From positions 152,423 to 216,422 of the forward strand of contig CAZRCZ010000003.1 of the NCBI GenBank assembly GCA_964598765.1: a stretch of DNA of 64,000 nucleotides. The letters are read 5' to 3'. Below the pieces are notes generated by a model. It was not told the DNA's origin. It was given only the letters and a program-made list of their open reading frames with translations, and searched no databases. The stretch is from an uncultured Candidatus Sumerlaeota bacterium (GTDB taxonomy: Bacteria > Sumerlaeota > Sumerlaeia > MVZB01 > JAJFLK01). A program made the position numbers and the translations under genes. Shown in pieces: positions 60,029-64,000 of the stretch (its first letter is position 1; every line of letters begins with the position of its first letter).

Positions 60029-61855
60029 TTATTGCCCCGATTTCTTGATGACGAAGTCGGGATAACCCAACGCTCCCATTTCGGGAATATCCAGACCCTG
60101 CATTTCGGTTTCCGGACTGACGCGGATCGGCGTGATCACGTTACTGATCTTGAACCAGATATAGGCCATGACGAAACCGAAGACCGCGACGACGGCGCCG
60201 TCAATTAGTTGGGCGACCAGTTGCGAGGAATCGCCGTAAAGAATGCCGCGCACGCCGTCGTAGCCGTAACCATCCTTGGCCTTGGCCCAAACATCGCGCG
60301 AAACGCCGTTCCAGCCGCCGCCGTATTTCCCGTTGGCGAAGATGCCGACAGAAATGACGCCCCAAACGCCGTTGATCCCGTGAACGGAAATCGCGCCGAC
60401 CGGATCGTCCACGCCGACGTTGTCCCAGAAGATCACGCTGATAACCACGAGGACTCCGGCCACGATTCCTATGACAGACGCCGCCCAGCTTGAGACGAAG
60501 GCGCAAGGAGCGGTGATGGCCACCAATCCGGCCAACATGCCGTTGCACATCATCGAGGGATCGGGCTTCTGCCCCTTAGCCATCATGAACAACATGGCTC
60601 CAAACGCTCCGAAATTCCCGGCGAGCAGGGTGTTGACCACCACGACGGTGAGACGCAAATCGGTTCCCGCCAGCGTCGAACCGGGGTTAAACCCGAACCA
60701 ACCGAAAGCGAGAATGAATGTTCCGGCGATGACCATCGGCAAGTCGTGTCCGGGTATTGCCTGCGGCTTGCCGTCCACGTATTTACCGATACGCGGTCCA
60801 ATTATGATCGCTCCGGCCAAACCAATGAAGCCTCCCATCGCGTGAACGACACCCGACCCGGCGAAGTCCACCGCGCCGTGTCCGAGATTCCAATTCTTGC
60901 CCATCTGCGCCAACCAGCCGCCGCCCCACACCCAGTTGGCGTAAAGGCAGTAAGGAAGGGCGACCCAGAGGCCGTAGATGATGAAATTCTTCCAGCTCCA
61001 CCGCTCGGCCATCGCGCCGGTTGGGATCGTGGCGGTCGTGTCCATGAAGACCATCATGAAGAACCAAAGCGCCATGACGCTCACGTCGTCCACGCCGCTC
61101 AGACAGAAGCCCTTCAAGCCGATAATTCCATAGGTAAAGGCGCCCGTTGCCTCGTGAGTGACGGGGTCCGTGGCCGCGCCGATTCCCCAACCGCTATTGA
61201 GAACGGAAGTTCCGGGTCCCAATACCGACCACCACCCATCGGGGACCAGGCCGTTGAACCAGTTTCCCCAACCGATGGCGAACCCGTAAACCCAAAATCC
61301 GATGGCGCCCAAGGGATAAATCATCATGTTCATGCTCATCGTATGCGCCGAGTTCTTGGCTCTGCAAAGTCCGGTCTCAACCATGGCGAAGCCGGCTTGC
61401 ATGAACATAACCAAGAAGCCGGTGACCATCGCCCAAACGATGTTGATGCCGAACATATTGTGGCAAAGGCGATCATAGAGATCGCCGATCGTCAGTTTGC
61501 TGATGTCGTCTCCTTTGCCGTCTCCGGCGGGAGCGGCCCAGACACCGGCGCTCAGTCCCGTCGGATCGGGCCAAACGTCGGGTTTCCCTTTTTCATTCGC
61601 GCCCGAAAAATAAGCGGGCATTTTCGGTGGTTCCGCCGGTTTTTCGGCCGGCTTTTCTCCCGCAGGCGCGGCGGATTCGGCCGGTTTATCAGCCGCTTTT
61701 TCGGCGGCGGGGGCCTCATCCTTTTTCTCGTCCTGCGCGCGGAGCGTCGCCGGAGCGACGAACAGCAACGCAACCGCTCCCAGAAGAGCGGCCGAGACCC
61801 ACCTTTTTAACGGCGAGGTCCCTTTCCCCAAAATCTTGTCGTGCAATCCAGTCAT
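60029..61855 (-). CDS. amt: Ammonium transporter (Amt family) with a long low-complexity N-terminal region
   Basis: 'VMFMQAGFAMVETG', 'AVDFAGSGVVHAMGG' and 'FGWFGFNPGS'. ATG at 61855. After the signal peptide comes an Ala/Pro/Glu/Lys-rich region. Confidence 0.9.
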   Translation of the reverse strand: MTGLHDKILGKGTSPLKRWVSAALLGAVALLFVAPATLRAQDEKKDEAPAAEKAADKPAESAAPAGEKPAEKPAEPPKMPAYFSGANEKGKPDVWPDPTGLSAGVWAAPAGDGKGDDISKLTIGDLYDRLCHNMFGINIVWAMVTGFLVMFMQAGFAMVETGLCRAKNSAHTMSMNMMIYPLGAIGFWVYGFAIGWGNWFNGLVPDGWWSVLGPGTSVLNSGWGIGAATDPVTHEATGAFTYGIIGLKGFCLSGVDDVSVMALWFFMMVFMDTTATIPTGAMAERWSWKNFIIYGLWVALPYCLYANWVWGGGWLAQMGKNWNLGHGAVDFAGSGVVHAMGGFIGLAGAIIIGPRIGKYVDGKPQAIPGHDLPMVIAGTFILAFGWFGFNPGSTLAGTDLRLTVVVVNTLLAGNFGAFGAMLFMMAKGQKPDPSMMCNGMLAGLVAITAPCAFVSSWAASVIGIVAGVLVVISVIFWDNVGVDDPVGAISVHGINGVWGVISVGIFANGKYGGGWNGVSRDVWAKAKDGYGYDGVRGILYGDSSQLVAQLIDGAVVAVFGFVMAYIWFKISNVITPIRVSPETEMQGLDIPEMGALGYPDFVIKKSGQ

Positions 61856-62215
61856 AATAGATACTCCCTCAATTGAATACACCCCTCCCGCCCGTTGGCG
61901 GGAACACTTTTTCCCTTGGGGGGGCGCAAATGTTGATGGGGAGAGTGGCCAAATTCAGGCCAATTCGAGAATGAAATCCTCGATTCTTGCGGATGACTCT
62001 ATTTGTGTGAGTTGAGTTGAATATGGAGAGCGTTGGAAAGGGAAGGCGGAACCGGGTGAATCAAACGTGTGGACCCGGGGATGGAGCTAAAATTTTCACC
62101 TTAGCCAAAAAGTGCCACTTTGAGAGCGAGATCAAGTCATGCGAAATTCAGCGGTCACAGATCTATTTGAGGGCGGTGAATAGAAGGGCTGAATGGTCGA
62201 GCGAAGTTCACAAGA

Positions 62216-62430
62216 GGACGCCATCGGCGTCCCGGAAAAAAGCCCAAGGTCGCTACGAGGCGGTTACCTTGGGATCGAATGCGCGGTATTCTCTTGCAAC
62301 CCCAACGCGGGTTGCGAAATTTGGCGCGATCCATCCGCAACCTCGTCGTGGTTGAAAATGATTTCCAACCACCCAAGGGAGGCGCAATGCGCCTACCTTG
62401 GGCTTTGCTCCTCAGCCCCCTTGGGGCTGA
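62216..62430. repeat. Composite multi-hairpin repeat, same family and orientation as 59341-59476
   Basis: Contains 'ggacgccatcggcgtcc', 'cccaaggtcgctacgaggcggttaccttggg', 'gcaaccccaacgcgggttgc', a second 'cccaagggaggcgcaatgcgcctaccttggg', and 'cagcccccttggggctg'. Confidence 0.85.
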
Positions 62431-62459
62431 ATGTTGAAACGCCATACAACGGAATTGCC

Positions 62460-62918
62460 TCACGCATCCAGCATTTTCAGAAGGCCGTTCACGTCGCTTC
62501 GCAGGTGAGAAATCTTTTCCCCCATCGCGCGGGTGTAGAGCTTGACCCATTTGGCCGATTGGGGCGAGCCGGAAGATTTGGCGTCGGGTTCAGGCGCGGA
62601 AAGGGCGGGAGTCTCCGGAGCTTCGGACGGGCCATTGCGCAATTCTTGTTTTAGACGGCCTCGCGCTCCCTTGATGGTAAAGCGGTCCTCATAGAGCAAT
62701 TTGCGGATCGCCTGCACGGTGCGGATGTCCTTGCTTCGGTAGCGGCGCTGATCGGAGCCGTCTTTTTCCGGAGCAAGCTCGTCGAATTCGGTCTCCCAAT
62801 AGCGGAGCACGTAGGCCTTGACCCCCGTGATCTTGGCGACCTCGTTAATGCGATAGAATAATTTCTGCGGATGCAGGCTTGCGGACGCGGCGACCGCGCC
62901 GACGGTTTGGGTTTTCAT
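62460..62918 (-). CDS. MerR-family transcriptional regulator
   Basis: 'LFYRINEVAKITGVKAYVLRYWETEFDELAPEKDGSDQRRYRSKDIRTVQAIRKLL' is a MerR HTH. ATG at 62918; the ORF is open to 63272 with no similarity upstream. Confidence 0.8.
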   Translation of the reverse strand: MKTQTVGAVAASASLHPQKLFYRINEVAKITGVKAYVLRYWETEFDELAPEKDGSDQRRYRSKDIRTVQAIRKLLYEDRFTIKGARGRLKQELRNGPSEAPETPALSAPEPDAKSSGSPQSAKWVKLYTRAMGEKISHLRSDVNGLLKMLDA

Positions 62919-63271
62919 GAATGGCGACCTCCAGCGGGAAGAGAAAGAAATTGATGGAAGCCGAGGCGGTGGCTTTCCATTTCGGCGGGAAATTGAGGAA
63001 CAGTGAGCCTTTGGCTCGTTCGACCTTGGCGGATCGGAAATTTGTCTCCTTCTTGGCGGTTTCGATTTCGCGCGGGCGAGAACCGCCCGCGACCCAACGG
63101 AAATACAATACTCCAATACCGAGCCGGTTGCAAGGGCAATTCGGTTGATGGTTGAAAAATCTTGCCGCGCGGGGAGGCGGGGACTAAACTGACGACGCGA
63201 GCAGGAATTGAGGATTTCAGACGGAGCCAACGAGATTGGAACCCCTTTCATTATCTTCGGGACATGGTCCA

Positions 63272-63877
63272 ATGGAGGACGATTCGGATTCCGGCAACGG
63301 TTCGGCGATTCATCCCCATCTGACCGAACTTGTCACCGATTTGCTTCAAACCATCGGCGAGGAACCGTCGCGCCCCGGATTGCTACGCACTCCCCAGCGC
63401 GTCGCGCGAAGCTGGGATTATCTCACCGCCGGATACCGCCAGAACCTCGATGAGATCGTGAACGGGGCGATTTTCGAGGAGGACTGCAATGAACTGGTGG
63501 CGGTCAAGCGGATTCATTTCTTTTCCCTTTGCGAGCATCATCTTCTGCCCTTCTTCGGCGTCTGTTCGGTCGCTTACATCCCGAACGGACGGATCATCGG
63601 GTTGTCGAAAATCCCGCGCATCGTCGACATGTTTGCGCGTAGGCTTCAAGTTCAGGAACGGTTGACCAAGCAAATCGCCGAATCGCTCCAGCGCGTCCTG
63701 CAACCCAGCGGCGTCGCCGTGACGATGGAGGCGTATCACCTTTGCATGATGATGCGTGGGGTCGAAAAACAGGACAGCCGGACCGTGACCAGCGAAATGC
63801 TGGGGGTCTTCAAGACCAATCCACAAACCCGTCAGGAGTTCTTGACGCTGATGGGGTGGTCGGTAATGGGAACGTGA
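63272..63877 (+). CDS. folE: GTP cyclohydrolase I
   Basis: '[13 protein letters not shown]', '[14 protein letters not shown]', '[23 protein letters not shown]' and 'HLCMMMRGV'. ATG at 63272; an alternative TTG lies at 63236. Confidence 0.92.
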   Translation: MEDDSDSGNGSAIHPHLTELVTDLLQTIGEEPSRPGLLRTPQRVARSWDYLTAGYRQNLDEIVNGAIFEEDCNELVAVKRIHFFSLCEHHLLPFFGVCSVAYIPNGRIIGLSKIPRIVDMFARRLQVQERLTKQIAESLQRVLQPSGVAVTMEAYHLCMMMRGVEKQDSRTVTSEMLGVFKTNPQTRQEFLTLMGWSVMGT

Positions 63878-63889
63878 CTCGGAATCAGC

Positions 63890-64000
63890 TCAACTTTTGG
63901 GTTTGAGTTTGAGGCGCGTTCCGATTTTTTCCGCGTCCGGCGGAAGATACCGCGCAAGTTGCTTCTCAAGAAACGTCTGCATGTCCTTCAACTGCGTGAT
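63890..64000 (-). CDS. 3' end of an unidentified CDS continuing beyond the window
   Basis: 36 sense codons, open to the window edge and ending at TGA (63892-63890): '...ITQLKDMQTFLEKQLARYLPPDAEKIGTRLKLKPKS*'. Convergent with folE. Confidence 0.3.
   Translation of the reverse strand: MTQLKDMQTFLEKQLARYLPPDAEKIGTRLKLKPKS

Noticed and set aside
62017-62654. Overlapping 112-153-aa ORFs in three frames (also 59325-59723 and 20568-20859)
   Set aside because: They are translations of the composite hairpin repeats, overlap one another on both strands, and have no start or RBS context. The 59325-59723 ORF also overlaps glnK antisense.

Overview
GC-rich chromosomal segment, roughly 60-68% G+C on hand-counted lines, with three AT-richer islands near 47-48%. 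It most likely comes from a member of the PVC superphylum. The evidence is a PVC-type haem-binding CxxCH/HEAT protein, a DUF1080 protein, a PQQ-like propeller, an FG-GAP protein, and very abundant intergenic hairpin repeats. I can support about 50 CDS, one tRNA-Leu(UAG), one clear intrinsic terminator and about 20 copies of a hairpin repeat family. Housekeeping content includes resB-ccsA (system II cytochrome c biogenesis), trpE, purH, folE, amt-glnK, an Nfu/NifU protein, two acyl-CoA dehydrogenases, a ClC channel, PhoD, and MFS transporters. Accessory content includes higBA, a DUF4258/YgiT-zinc-finger toxin-antitoxin pair, a TcmP-DUF5131 (Gp37/Gp68) pair on an AT-rich island, and an AT-rich insertion that truncates an HtrA-like gene. 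The most interesting candidate is a co-directional five-gene cluster at 6596-14839. It runs DUF58, then a di-haem CCP/MauG-like enzyme fused to a NosD-like beta-helix, then two tandem secreted beta-solenoid paralogues with a cysteine ladder, then a stand-alone paralogue of the fused beta-helix. I cannot match this cluster to a named system. Two further observations stand out. The hairpin repeat family has arms that covary between copies and that, when translated, supply signal-peptide-like N-termini. A glycosyltransferase cluster contains a 3-dehydroquinate-synthase-fold protein that appears to lack the canonical metal-binding histidines. All functional calls rest on motif recognition by eye; no database search was run.
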